DNA of 64,000 bases from Nitrospinales bacterium (lineage in GTDB: Bacteria; Nitrospinota; Nitrospinia; Nitrospinales; VA-1). The position numbers and the translations under genes were made by a program. The notes beneath the pieces are model-generated. The model made no database searches. It was not told the DNA's origin and worked only from the letters and a program-made list of their open reading frames with translations. The DNA lies in the NCBI GenBank assembly GCA_965223795.1, contig CBDCXL010000001.1, positions 288,001 through 352,000 on the forward strand, read 5' to 3'. Of the stretch, positions 48,170 to 57,939 are shown piece after piece; the stretch's first letter is position 1, and each line of letters begins with the position of its first letter.

Positions 48170-50557
48170 ATGACGGATTTTATGGACCCATTGTATCAGA
48201 AAGACAAAGCCGGAATGCAATCTATTTGGCTGGCCTGGCTGACGCTGCTGTTGTTCGGCTGTGCGGCGATCGAACCCGCGCCCCCGGCTCCGGATGCCAC
48301 GGCGTCCGTCAGCGGCGGAGTCGTTCCGCCGCCGGACTGGGAGGTGGCGCTTCCTTACGAGAAGGACCTCAAGGTGGCGCGCATGCAGTTCAACCGGAGG
48401 GAGTACGCCTCCTCGGAGTATTTCCTGCGCAAGACGCTGATGGCGGCTCCGGAACAGCCGCTGGCGCTCAAGCTCTTGCCGCGCACGTATTTTTTCCGTG
48501 GCGACATTCCGCGCGCGCTGGCGGCGTTTCAACGGTTGAACACGGTGTTTCCGCGCGACCCGGACCCGTTTCTCGGCATGGGCTGGTGCCACCTGATCCT
48601 GAAACGTTACAGCGAATCCCTGCAGGCGTTCGCGCGCGCCGAGGCGCTGTCACAGGGCCCGACGCCGGAAACGCGCAAGGGCAAAGCGCTCATTTTCTGG
48701 CGGCAGAAACGGCGCGAGAAAGCACTCGCCGAATTCGCCAGCGTCTATCCGCCCGAACGCATGGATGCGGTGGCGAGTTATCTCGAAGCATTGGATGAGG
48801 CTGCCTTTTTCAAACTGGCTCCGGAAGATCCCGGCTCCCCTGCCCTGTTCGCGCTGCCGCCGGAGCACCCGCGTTTTCCGGGCGCGCTGTGGGGGCTGAG
48901 CGAAGAAAAGGTGGACGGGCTGGACGCGGCCTGGGCGCATTTTCACAGGCAGTCTTACGACAGGGCGCAGGCGGCGTTCGCCGGCGGGAAGGCCGCGGGC
49001 TCGCTGGACGCGAAAAACGGGCTGGCCTGGAGCCTGCTGGAGAGCAAGCAGATCCGTGAGGCCGAGACGGTGTTCGAGGAAATTCTGGCGGAGTATCCCA
49101 GCTTTCCCGGCGCGGTGCTGGGCAAGCGCAAGGTCGATGAGCAGAAGATGAAACAGGCCGCGTTCGGTCAGTATTACCTGGACCTGGACAAGATTCAGAT
49201 CGCCGAGCAGAACTTCACCGAGCTGGCCCGTGACTATCCGCGCTGGGCGCATCCTCTGGTGCGGCTGGGTGAGATCGAAACGCGCAAGGGCAACCATGCG
49301 CGCGCGATCCGGTATTTTCACAAGGCGCTGGAACTTGCGCCGGGAAACCGCGATGCGCTGCTGGGGCTGGAAGAGGTGCACAAACACGTGGAGCCTGAGC
49401 TGTATGCCGGCGACCAGGCGCTCAAGAACGGCGACTATAAAAAGGCCGCGCGCATTTATCACGAATACATCGAAAGCCGCAACGCGCAGGCGAAACCGTC
49501 GTCGCTGGCGCACGCCTACCAGGGGCTGGGGTGGAGCCAGTTCAAAAAGGGCCAGTATGAACTGGCTGTCGGCAAATTCAAGCGATCCGGCAGGCACCCT
49601 TACTACCAGAAGGACGCCTTGCGGGGACTGGGCTTTTCCTATTACATGCTGGGACAGTTCGACGCTTCGGCGGATTACCTGCTGACCGCGGAACCGGAGC
49701 GAAGCGGTTCCGGAGACATCGCCTACAAACTGGACTGGAGCGTGCTCAAGGGGAAACACCCGAAACGCGCCGAACTATATTTCGAAAAGGAACTGGAACG
49801 CGATCCGCTGCGTTCGTCGCTGTACATGGGCATGGGCTGGCTGCAGCACAAAAAGGGCTACCCGGACCTCGCGGTGGAATACTTTCTCAAGGCGATCTCG
49901 CTCGATCCCGCGGCGGCGGAGTCGGAAGAGTTCACGGCGTTTCTCAAGCAGCAGCGCTTCGGCTGGCAGATCCTCAACCGCCTCGGCTGGGCCTATTTCG
50001 AAAAAGAGGACTATGAAAATTCACTGCGGCTGTTCGAACGTTCGCTGAACGAACGGCCGGGACGGTCCGAAGCGTATCAGGGCGTCGGTTACAATATGTT
50101 CCGTTTGGGCAAGCACAAAACCGCGGCGGCATACCTGAAAAAAACGCTGAACCTCAACCCGGAACCGAATCCCGTCACGGAAACGTTCGAGGATGCCGAA
50201 CGCGGCATCGTGTTCACCACGCGCACGTCCGTTCGGGCAAAGCTCGCCCGCGCCTACCACCATCTTGGCCTTTATCCCGAAGCCCTGCGCCTGTACCAGG
50301 AAGCGCTCAACCGGGAGCCGGAACAGCCCGGCGCGCACGAAGGACTGGGATGGACCTACCTCAAGATGAACCGGCTTGCGGAATCGCGGGCGGCGTTCAC
50401 CCACGCGCTCCGGCTGGAGCCTTTGAACCCTTTTGCGGATAAGGGATTAACTCAGGTAAAACAGTTGGTTGCGACCAAAAACCTGCGTGAGAACAAAGCC
50501 CTTTCCGTGCGCCAGATCGTGAAGAAAACGCGCCAGGAAATGGTTGGTCCGAATTAG
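48170..50557 (+). CDS. tetratricopeptide-repeat lipoprotein
   Basis: LFGC lipobox, many GLGW/A...F..AL TPR units; start may be 48215. Confidence 0.88.
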   Translation: MTDFMDPLYQKDKAGMQSIWLAWLTLLLFGCAAIEPAPPAPDATASVSGGVVPPPDWEVALPYEKDLKVARMQFNRREYASSEYFLRKTLMAAPEQPLALKLLPRTYFFRGDIPRALAAFQRLNTVFPRDPDPFLGMGWCHLILKRYSESLQAFARAEALSQGPTPETRKGKALIFWRQKRREKALAEFASVYPPERMDAVASYLEALDEAAFFKLAPEDPGSPALFALPPEHPRFPGALWGLSEEKVDGLDAAWAHFHRQSYDRAQAAFAGGKAAGSLDAKNGLAWSLLESKQIREAETVFEEILAEYPSFPGAVLGKRKVDEQKMKQAAFGQYYLDLDKIQIAEQNFTELARDYPRWAHPLVRLGEIETRKGNHARAIRYFHKALELAPGNRDALLGLEEVHKHVEPELYAGDQALKNGDYKKAARIYHEYIESRNAQAKPSSLAHAYQGLGWSQFKKGQYELAVGKFKRSGRHPYYQKDALRGLGFSYYMLGQFDASADYLLTAEPERSGSGDIAYKLDWSVLKGKHPKRAELYFEKELERDPLRSSLYMGMGWLQHKKGYPDLAVEYFLKAISLDPAAAESEEFTAFLKQQRFGWQILNRLGWAYFEKEDYENSLRLFERSLNERPGRSEAYQGVGYNMFRLGKHKTAAAYLKKTLNLNPEPNPVTETFEDAERGIVFTTRTSVRAKLARAYHHLGLYPEALRLYQEALNREPEQPGAHEGLGWTYLKMNRLAESRAAFTHALRLEPLNPFADKGLTQVKQLVATKNLRENKALSVRQIVKKTRQEMVGPN

Positions 50558-50597
50558 CGTAAAAACGCGTATTAAGAATAAAATCAAAACATTTCAA

Positions 50598-50625
50598 TTG
50601 ACAATCGGGCGGGAATTGTTACAAT
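50598..50625 (+). promoter_or_regulatory. strong orphan sigma70 promoter
   Basis: TTGACA-N16-TACAAT with extended TG and an A-rich upstream tract. Confidence 0.7.
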
Positions 50626-50631
50626 GGATCT

Positions 50632-50780
50632 CTAATTTCCGAACGACCTTCATCGAAATTACAAGCGCTCGTGCATTGGGGGAGGGAGGGGTACCTTTCT
50701 CTTTTCACATCGTGTGGAAAGTCATGGAGTTGAACCGTGGTTCGACTCCATGATCCCGACTTCTCTTCCTTGTTTGTTTC
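50632..50780 (+). ncRNA. candidate structured small RNA, family not recognised
   Basis: stem-loops at 50633-50661, 50682-50701, 50702-50720, 50722-50753 downstream of the orphan promoter; no credible ORF. Confidence 0.5.
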
Positions 50781-50829
50781 CCGTCTTTCAGTTCATTTCA
50801 TCTAACAGCGAATCCGCCTTGATCCGTTT

Positions 50830-52809
50830 TTAGCCACTCTGGGCCAGCTTTTTGTAAGTCGCTTTCAACTCCTCGACCACCGAAGGATCGGCCAGTGTGG
50901 ACACGTCGCCCAACTGATCCGCTTCATCGGCGGCGATTTTTCTCAGGATGCGGCGCATGATTTTTCCGGACCGCGTTTTCGGCAGCGCCGGCGCCAGCTG
51001 GATGACGTCGGGCGTCGCGATGGGGCCGATTTCGTTGCGCACGAACGCCTTGAGATCCTTGCCGAGTTCCTCACTGTATTGCACGCCGTCCATGAGCGAG
51101 ATGTAGGCGTAGATCCCCTGCCCTTTGATGGGATGCGGGTAGCCCACCACCGCCGCTTCCGCGATGCTGTCGTGCAGCACCAGCGCCGATTCCACCTCCG
51201 CGGTGCCGATGCGGTGGCCGGACACGTTGATGACGTCGTCCACGCGTCCGGTGATCCAGTAGTAGCCGTCCTTATCGCGCGAGCAGCCGTCGCCGGTGAA
51301 GTAATAACCGGGATAGAGCTTGAAGTAGGTTTCCTCGAAACGCTCGTGATCGCCGTACACGGTGCGCGCCTGGCCCGGCCAGGGTTCGCTGAGCGCCAGC
51401 ACGCCGGTGACGCCGTTGCCCTCCAGCACCTTGCCGGTCTCCGCTTCGATGACCGCGGGCTTGACGCCGAAAAACGGAAACGTCGCCGAGCCCGGCTTGG
51501 CGGGCGTGCAGCCGGGAAGCGGCGTGATGAGGATGCCGCCGGTTTCGGTCTGCCACCAGGTGTCGACGATCGGGCAGCGTTCGCGGCCGACGTTCTTGTA
51601 GTACCAGCGCCAGGCTTCGGGATTGATCGGCTCGCCGACGGAGCCGAGCACCTTGAGCGAGGACAGGTCGTAGCGCGCCGGGATCTCCTCGCCGTGCGCC
51701 ATGAGCGCGCGGATGGCGGTGGGCGCGGTGTAGAACTGCGTCACCTTGTGGCGGTCCACCACGTCCCAGAACCGCCCGGCGTCGGGATAGGTCGGCACGC
51801 CCTCGAACATGATGGTGGTGGCGCCGTTGCCCAGCGGGCCGTAGATGATGTAGGAATGCCCGGTCACCCAGCCGATGTCCGCCGTGCACCACCAGATGTC
51901 GCCGTCGTGATAGTCGAAGATGTATTTGTGCGTCAGCGCGGCGTAGATCATGTAGCCGCCGACGTTGTGCTGCACACCTTTGGGTTTGCCGGTGGAGCCG
52001 GAAGTGTACAGCAGGAACAGCGGGTCCTCCGCGTCCATCGGCTCGGCCTCGCAGTCCGGCGACGCGTCCTTCATTTCCTCGTGCCACCAGAAATCGCGGC
52101 CGGACTGCATGTCGCAGGAAATCTTATCGCCCACTCGGGCCACCACGACGCAGGTCCTGACCTGGGTGCCCTCTTTCGCGGCGAGCTCGATGGCTTTGTC
52201 GGCGTTGGTCTTGAGCGGCACGGGCTTGGTGCCGCGGAACGCGCCGTCGGTGGTGATGACGCAGCTCGATGTGGAACCGTGGATGCGTTCGCCCAGCGCC
52301 TGCGCGGAGAAACCGCCGAACACGATGGAATGGATGGCGCCGATGCGGGCGCAGGCCAGCATGCCGATGGCCAGCTCGACCACCATCGGCATGTACAGCG
52401 TGACGCGGTCGCCTTTTTTTATGCCGTGCTTTTTGAGCACGTTGGCGAACCTGCACACCTCGGCGTGCAGCTCGGCGTAGGTGAGGGTGCGGTTTTCGCC
52501 CGGCTCGTTGCCTTCCCACAGGATGGCGGTCTGATCTTTTCTGGTTTCCAGGTGGCGGTCGATGCAGTTGACGGTGATGTTCGTCGTGCCGCCCTTGAAC
52601 CACTCGATCAGAATCTTTCCGTTCTTGACGTTGTAGTTGTAGTTGCGCACCCGGTCCCATTTTTTGAACCAGACGAATTTGTCCGCCTCCGCGGCCCAGA
52701 ATGCGTCCGGGTCGCTCACGGATTGTTCGTACAGCTTCCGGTATTCCTCCATGTTCTTGAAGTAGGCGCTGGCGGAAATGGAAGCCGGGGGGTGATAAAG
52801 TTCGTTCAT
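50830..52809 (-). CDS. acs: acetyl-CoA synthetase (AMP-forming)
   Basis: [32 protein letters not shown]. Confidence 0.97.
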   Translation of the reverse strand: MNELYHPPASISASAYFKNMEEYRKLYEQSVSDPDAFWAAEADKFVWFKKWDRVRNYNYNVKNGKILIEWFKGGTTNITVNCIDRHLETRKDQTAILWEGNEPGENRTLTYAELHAEVCRFANVLKKHGIKKGDRVTLYMPMVVELAIGMLACARIGAIHSIVFGGFSAQALGERIHGSTSSCVITTDGAFRGTKPVPLKTNADKAIELAAKEGTQVRTCVVVARVGDKISCDMQSGRDFWWHEEMKDASPDCEAEPMDAEDPLFLLYTSGSTGKPKGVQHNVGGYMIYAALTHKYIFDYHDGDIWWCTADIGWVTGHSYIIYGPLGNGATTIMFEGVPTYPDAGRFWDVVDRHKVTQFYTAPTAIRALMAHGEEIPARYDLSSLKVLGSVGEPINPEAWRWYYKNVGRERCPIVDTWWQTETGGILITPLPGCTPAKPGSATFPFFGVKPAVIEAETGKVLEGNGVTGVLALSEPWPGQARTVYGDHERFEETYFKLYPGYYFTGDGCSRDKDGYYWITGRVDDVINVSGHRIGTAEVESALVLHDSIAEAAVVGYPHPIKGQGIYAYISLMDGVQYSEELGKDLKAFVRNEIGPIATPDVIQLAPALPKTRSGKIMRRILRKIAADEADQLGDVSTLADPSVVEELKATYKKLAQSG

Positions 52810-52855
52810 CGAAATGTCTCCCAAACGTGAAGGCGGGTCAGTGCGTGTTACCGGT

Positions 52856-53278
52856 TTAAAGCGTGCGCACGGCGCGCGCGGCTTCGGCCAGGGTCCAAAG
52901 GCCGTCGGGCTGGCTGTATTCGCCGGTGCGGATATTGAACACCCAGGTCCGCTGGCGGCCGGATACCTGCTGCGCGATCATGGAAAAACCGCCGCCGGGG
53001 GAAAAGCGGTCACTGATGTGGACGTCCTTGCCGAACTTGTCCTGAATGCTCCAGGACGGATCGTAGATCGTGGCCATTTCGTCGTGGGTCGGCAGGCGCC
53101 AGTCGTCGTGGCCGGCGAACCGTTTTTCGTTGAGTTCGCGGACGTAATCGACGCTTTCCGGATAGTTCACCCACTTTTCCAAGTCGTTCATGGAATCGGT
53201 GCGCGTCCACATCAAGCCGGACTGCGTGTCCGTGACCGTCCCGTCGCCGTTGTCTTTAAAACGCGTATCTGATCCCAC
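52856..53278 (-). CDS. DUF1566 (Lcl C-terminal) domain protein
   Basis: [32 protein letters not shown]. Confidence 0.85.
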   Translation of the reverse strand: MGSDTRFKDNGDGTVTDTQSGLMWTRTDSMNDLEKWVNYPESVDYVRELNEKRFAGHDDWRLPTHDEMATIYDPSWSIQDKFGKDVHISDRFSPGGGFSMIAQQVSGRQRTWVFNIRTGEYSQPDGLWTLAEAARAVRTL

Positions 53279-53509
53279 CGTTTCTTTTGCAGTGTGTGCG
53301 GAAATGCATGACAGGCTAAGTTTTTTTGATTGAGCACGTTATCACTTTTGCGGGCCGGTTTCAAAAGATGTTGGCGGGCTTTTTGCGCGCCGCCCGTCCG
53401 GTCCTGCCGGACGCGGCCTGCGCGGGCGCATTCAAGCAGCGAAAATTCAAGCATCTGGCTGCTGTGCTACAATTCAGGATTGCACGATCCACTGTCGAGG
53501 CTTGCACAA

Positions 53510-53902
53510 ATGCCGCCGCCGTCCCTGAAAATCCTGCTCACGCACCTGGAATGGAACCTCCAGCGCCTCGAAGAGATCCTGAAAAACGAGGCGACGGAAT
53601 ACTACCGCGACGCGGCGCTGCAGCGTTTCGGCCACTGCATGGACATGGCGGTCAAGTGCCTGGAAGCCGCGGCGGCGCAGGAGGAATCCAAAACCGGGTC
53701 CGCCGGGTTTCACCGGGCGGTGGAGAACCGGTGGATCGCCGACACCGAACATCTCGAATCCATGCTCGCCGATCACGCGGCGCTGCCGGAGAAGTCCGAA
53801 AGCGCCCCGCCAGCGGCGGTGTTCGAAAAACTCGACCGCTACCACGCTATTTTAAACGAGCTGTATGCCAGCCTGACGGCGCGGGCGGGTCAGGATCAAT
53901 AG
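53510..53902 (+). CDS. HI0074-like nucleotidyltransferase substrate-binding (HEPN-type) protein, divergent
   Basis: RDAALQRF...MAVKCL resembles the HI0074 N-terminal motif. Confidence 0.6.
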   Translation: MPPPSLKILLTHLEWNLQRLEEILKNEATEYYRDAALQRFGHCMDMAVKCLEAAAAQEESKTGSAGFHRAVENRWIADTEHLESMLADHAALPEKSESAPPAAVFEKLDRYHAILNELYASLTARAGQDQ

Positions 53903-53982
53903 ATATTATGATTATGAATTTTTACGAAATTCAGAGGTGTCTCGGTTGATTTTAACTTCGTAAATGCCAGCATTTTAAATAA

Positions 53983-55242
53983 TTACACTAAGTAATCGGG
54001 TAACTTTGTTTGCGAACTAATAATAGCTTTATCAATTTGTTCTTTAGTTAGCCCCACTGCTTGATGCCCAATATCTAAATATAATTTGGCGCCACTAAGA
54101 TCAGTATTATTAAAAATGGCGCCACTGAAATCTGTGTTAATACATTCAGTATGCCTTAACTCGCAAGATGATAAGTTGGCATTAAGAAAACCCGCTTCGT
54201 TAAGTATGGATCGCACTAAATTAGCATTAGACAAATCTGTCCCTCCCAAAAAAGCATCCGTAAGATCGGCTCTTGTAAGTCGGACAGACTTTAAAATTGA
54301 TTTACCAAATTCGGCTTTTTTTAAAGTTGCCATGTCGAAATTAGAATTCTCTAAATTCGCATAAATAATAATAGCGTCGTTTAAATTAGCAGCTCTAAAA
54401 TCAGCTTCTTTCAAGTAACTACCTTCTAAGTTTACTAATTGAAAATTACCTCTCTTGAAGTCAGCCTTATATAGATTGGTCTTTGATAAATCGAGTATCG
54501 GTTCATTTTTACGAATATCACGCCTTCCAATAATAGAGATTATGGCCTGTATATAAATTGGAATTGGATCTTCATCTTCTTTTTTCGGTGGAGATACTGC
54601 GGGATCAGAAATTTCTCTTTCTGAACGAATTAGAGCGGTTAAAATTTCTAAAATCTGATTGTGATATTCGGGTGCCCCTTTGGCTATGCTCTCAAGGGAA
54701 TAAATACCACCCAATTTAATTGATTCATTTTCATTTCCTAATTGTTCGATTGCACGTGAGAAATTTTCGGCATTTTGGGATATTCTTCCCAGTTCCACTT
54801 CGTGCCATTGCGCTTGAGAAGCTTGCCAATGCGCTTCAGAACGTCGCCAGGCAATGATTAAACCAGCAATTAATATGGCTCCCCCTAATATCTGGATTAA
54901 AATTTGACGATTTGCGATTATTAGTTGTTCACGAATTATATTCGAAAAGCTTGCTTCTAAAGGGGGAGCTAGGGTAGATGGAAGCCAAAAAAAGGATGAT
55001 AGTGTAAGAATAAAAAGTAAAATAATATACGGAATTGGATTTTCTTTTATCGTATTCCAAGCTTTGTTTGCTGCTCTATCAAACCGAATCCAAATATTAG
55101 TATTAATCCAGTTGAAAATAGTAGTCTTGCTATTAAAAGTAATAATTTTTTTGAAACCACCAAATTTATCCCAACGATTCAATAATTTTTGAACCCTCTC
55201 ACGTCGGTCCATAGATTGACTCCGTTGAGTTAGGATTTTCAC
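53983..55242 (-). CDS. membrane-anchored pentapeptide-repeat protein (AT-rich gene)
   Basis: two TM helices, AIEQLG...LGGIYSLE motif, A(D/N)Lxx repeats; start 55242 or 55212. Confidence 0.88.
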   Translation of the reverse strand: MKILTQRSQSMDRRERVQKLLNRWDKFGGFKKIITFNSKTTIFNWINTNIWIRFDRAANKAWNTIKENPIPYIILLFILTLSSFFWLPSTLAPPLEASFSNIIREQLIIANRQILIQILGGAILIAGLIIAWRRSEAHWQASQAQWHEVELGRISQNAENFSRAIEQLGNENESIKLGGIYSLESIAKGAPEYHNQILEILTALIRSEREISDPAVSPPKKEDEDPIPIYIQAIISIIGRRDIRKNEPILDLSKTNLYKADFKRGNFQLVNLEGSYLKEADFRAANLNDAIIIYANLENSNFDMATLKKAEFGKSILKSVRLTRADLTDAFLGGTDLSNANLVRSILNEAGFLNANLSSCELRHTECINTDFSGAIFNNTDLSGAKLYLDIGHQAVGLTKEQIDKAIISSQTKLPDYLV

Positions 55243-55790
55243 CCCATCATTTTCTTGAGGTTTTCAAAGGCTCTCTTGCGGTGGGAGATGGCGTTTTTCT
55301 CGGCGGCGGTCATTTCGGCGAAGGTGCGGTCGTGCCCTTCGGGGATGAACAACACGTCCCAGCCGAAGCCGTTGCTGCCGCGCAATCGTTCGGCCACCTG
55401 CCCTTTCACTTCCCCCCTTGCGACGTGCATGCGTTCGCCGTCGTGCACCGCCACGTAACACTGGGCGCGCGCGCCGCGGTTTTCAAAGCCCGCGAGCATC
55501 TTCAACATGCCGGCGCAGCCGGTGGTCTTTTCGAACCATTTGACCAGCGCCCCCGGCAGCCCGTCCCAGGCGTCGAACACGAGTCCGGAATCCTCCACGA
55601 GAACCGGGGCCTTGAGCGCCGCGTGCGCTCTTTCGCATTTGTCGCGCACGCTCTGTTCGACGTCGATGGTCTGGATCTCGGGCAGGTCGCCCGGGTCCAC
55701 CTGAACCAGTTCGATGCCCAGGATCTCCCTGGCTTCCCGCACTTTATTGGCGTTCCCGGTGGCGAACTGGAGCTGATTCCATGGCGGCAT
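55239..55790 (-). CDS. rdgB: non-canonical purine NTP pyrophosphatase (Ham1/RdgB)
   Basis: ATGNANK, EDSGL, GFGWD, KNAISHR. Confidence 0.93.
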   Translation of the reverse strand: MPPWNQLQFATGNANKVREAREILGIELVQVDPGDLPEIQTIDVEQSVRDKCERAHAALKAPVLVEDSGLVFDAWDGLPGALVKWFEKTTGCAGMLKMLAGFENRGARAQCYVAVHDGERMHVARGEVKGQVAERLRGSNGFGWDVLFIPEGHDRTFAEMTAAEKNAISHRKRAFENLKKMMG

Positions 55791-55928
55791 GCTGTTTTCC
55801 TTTCATTCTGCCCTGTGATTTGATAGAGATTGGGGCCGTTTGCCGGCACGGGGGAAACCTTGAATTGCCCCGCCTCCTGTGTTATACAGTTGAACCCTTA
55901 ATTTTCAAATAATTACTACTCCGAATCC

Positions 55929-56720
55929 ATGATTCCACCCAGATCGCTGCGACTTTTCGGTTTGCTGGCCGCGATGGTGTTCCTTTCCGGCTGTTTCAAT
56001 CTCTTCGAGCACGATTCCGATGTGCAGGCGCGCAAGGCGCTCAAGGACCTGATCGCTTTGCAGGATCAGGTCTATCGGGAAAAAGGCCGCTATGCGCAAA
56101 ACCTGTTGGACCTGGAAAAACTGGGTCTAAAATATCACACCGGCATCGTCTACATGGAGATCGAAATGGCCCGCAAGGACAAGTACCGGGCGATCTCTCT
56201 GCCGGCGGAATCGACGACGGCGCGGGTGTTCGCTTACGACACGGAACAGGGCGGATATTACGAGATGGACGAGGAGGAAGTGTCCCGCTACGTGCTGGGG
56301 GCGCTGATCCACATCCGCTCGGAGCAGGCGAAAAAGCAGATGAACGACACGCTGGCGACGTTTCTGGTGGGCCTGTCGCTGGTACTGGGAATCCGTTTCT
56401 GGACGCGGCACCGTGAGGCGGAATACCGCATGGTGTTCGTGGCGTTTTTTCTCAGCATGGTGCCCATCGTGTGGGCGGTCATGGCGCTCAACCACATGGA
56501 CGAGGACACCGTGATCACGCAGACGATCATGGTGCTGACGGGAATATCCCTGTTGTGCGCGGTTGTGAGCCTGATCCTCGCGGTCAACTGGTTCGTGCAC
56601 CGCAACCCTGCCGAAGTCCCCCCTCCCCTGCTGGCGCTGTTCGGCACCGCCTGCGTGGTGGCGCTGTTTTCCGGCGCCGTGATGATCCACATCTACAGCA
56701 CGTATTATTTCACCGGCTGA
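55929..56720 (+). CDS. lipoprotein-signal membrane protein with four C-terminal TM helices
   Basis: LSGC lipobox, soluble domain, four hydrophobic helices. Confidence 0.7.
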   Translation: MIPPRSLRLFGLLAAMVFLSGCFNLFEHDSDVQARKALKDLIALQDQVYREKGRYAQNLLDLEKLGLKYHTGIVYMEIEMARKDKYRAISLPAESTTARVFAYDTEQGGYYEMDEEEVSRYVLGALIHIRSEQAKKQMNDTLATFLVGLSLVLGIRFWTRHREAEYRMVFVAFFLSMVPIVWAVMALNHMDEDTVITQTIMVLTGISLLCAVVSLILAVNWFVHRNPAEVPPPLLALFGTACVVALFSGAVMIHIYSTYYFTG

Positions 56721-56815
56721 CCTTTTCCAAATAAAATTCTATCGCGCAAAGACGCATCACTTCATACTTCGGCATGCTCAGGTTTGTTCAGTATGGAAGC
56801 GGAGCCGCGTTCTGA

Positions 56816-57655
56816 TCAAACGAGGTGGATGGTGACGACGTGGCTGGCGGGCTGGGTTCCCGAATTGCGTGTGGCGGATTTGAGCACGAAACTTTCCTTG
56901 TCTTTGGTTTCGCGCGGCAGGATGAATTTGATCGGGCCGTCGACCGAGTTCAGCGTCATGATGCGGGTGTGCGCCACTTTTTCCCTGGCGATGGTCATGT
57001 CGTAAAAGAACAGCGTGTCCCCGGCATCGACCCGGTTGGAACCGGCGACGCGGATATTGAGGATCAGGTCGCCGCGTTTTTTGCCGATCAGGCTGGATTC
57101 GCCGCGGCCGGGGATTTTCATGGACATGCGCGTCCAGTTGCCGGGCGGGATCTTCACCTCGAATCGCTCCCGCCCCTGACGCATGCGCAGGCAGCCGCCT
57201 TTCGCCGCGAAGGCCGGATGCACGCGCACCTGCTTGTGGACATCGAGCAGAAACAGCTTGCGTTCGCAATGGGTCAGCGCATTGCGCAGAACGTGCGCCC
57301 AGTGCCGCAAGGCCTCGCGCGCCTGCCGCAGCTCGGGAATGGGGTCGAACGGAGGCGCTTTTTCGTTTGCGTCACTCTGTCCGGGCTGCGGAGCGGTGAC
57401 CACGGCGAGCGGTCCGGCCTCCCGGTCCCGCTTCGCGGATTGCTCGCTGTTTTGGTAGCGGGCTTCCAGCACCTTGAACGCCAGGGTGATTTCCTTGAGT
57501 TTTTCCTCGTATTTCAGGTTGCCGGGGTGGACATCGGGATGGTAGCGACGGGCCAGGGCGTGGTAGGACCGCTTGACGGCGTCCCAGTGTTCGTCCTGGG
57601 AGACCTTCAGGATCCGGTAACAGTCCGCGATTCTCAGTGTGGCTGAAAAATTCAT
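56816..57655 (-). CDS. J-domain protein with DnaJ C-terminal-like region
   Basis: LARRYHPD; VKIPPG...IPGRG...GDLIL. Confidence 0.85.
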   Translation of the reverse strand: MNFSATLRIADCYRILKVSQDEHWDAVKRSYHALARRYHPDVHPGNLKYEEKLKEITLAFKVLEARYQNSEQSAKRDREAGPLAVVTAPQPGQSDANEKAPPFDPIPELRQAREALRHWAHVLRNALTHCERKLFLLDVHKQVRVHPAFAAKGGCLRMRQGRERFEVKIPPGNWTRMSMKIPGRGESSLIGKKRGDLILNIRVAGSNRVDAGDTLFFYDMTIAREKVAHTRIMTLNSVDGPIKFILPRETKDKESFVLKSATRNSGTQPASHVVTIHLV

Positions 57656-57939
57656 GATCTATACGGTCGGCAATTTTGATGATATATTTTCAGGGCCTGT
57701 CCGCACGCCCGCGGGGGCCGGCTGCGTGCTGCGAATGCTCCGGCGCCTGCCGGTGCAGGGCCGCAGCGGTAAAACGATACGCGATTCATAATGAACGGGT
57801 TTTGTGAATATCTCCATGCCAATAATACCCTCATTGCAAGTGGTTTCAACTGAAAAATTTTACTCCGGTGGCGCGCCGTTTCCTGCGTTCGTTCCTGTTT
57901 GGGCGCAGAAAAAAACGGGCCGCCGGATGAGGGGTGCGT

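Noticed and set aside
50736..50760. tRNA T-arm-like CGTGGTTCGACTCCATG
   Set aside because: No acceptor, D or anticodon arms can be built, and the same bases form a better 14-bp hairpin; not called a tRNA.
53889..53916. dif-like site at the edge of the AT-rich insert
   Set aside because: XerD-side arm matches only 7/11 and the XerC-side arm is poor.
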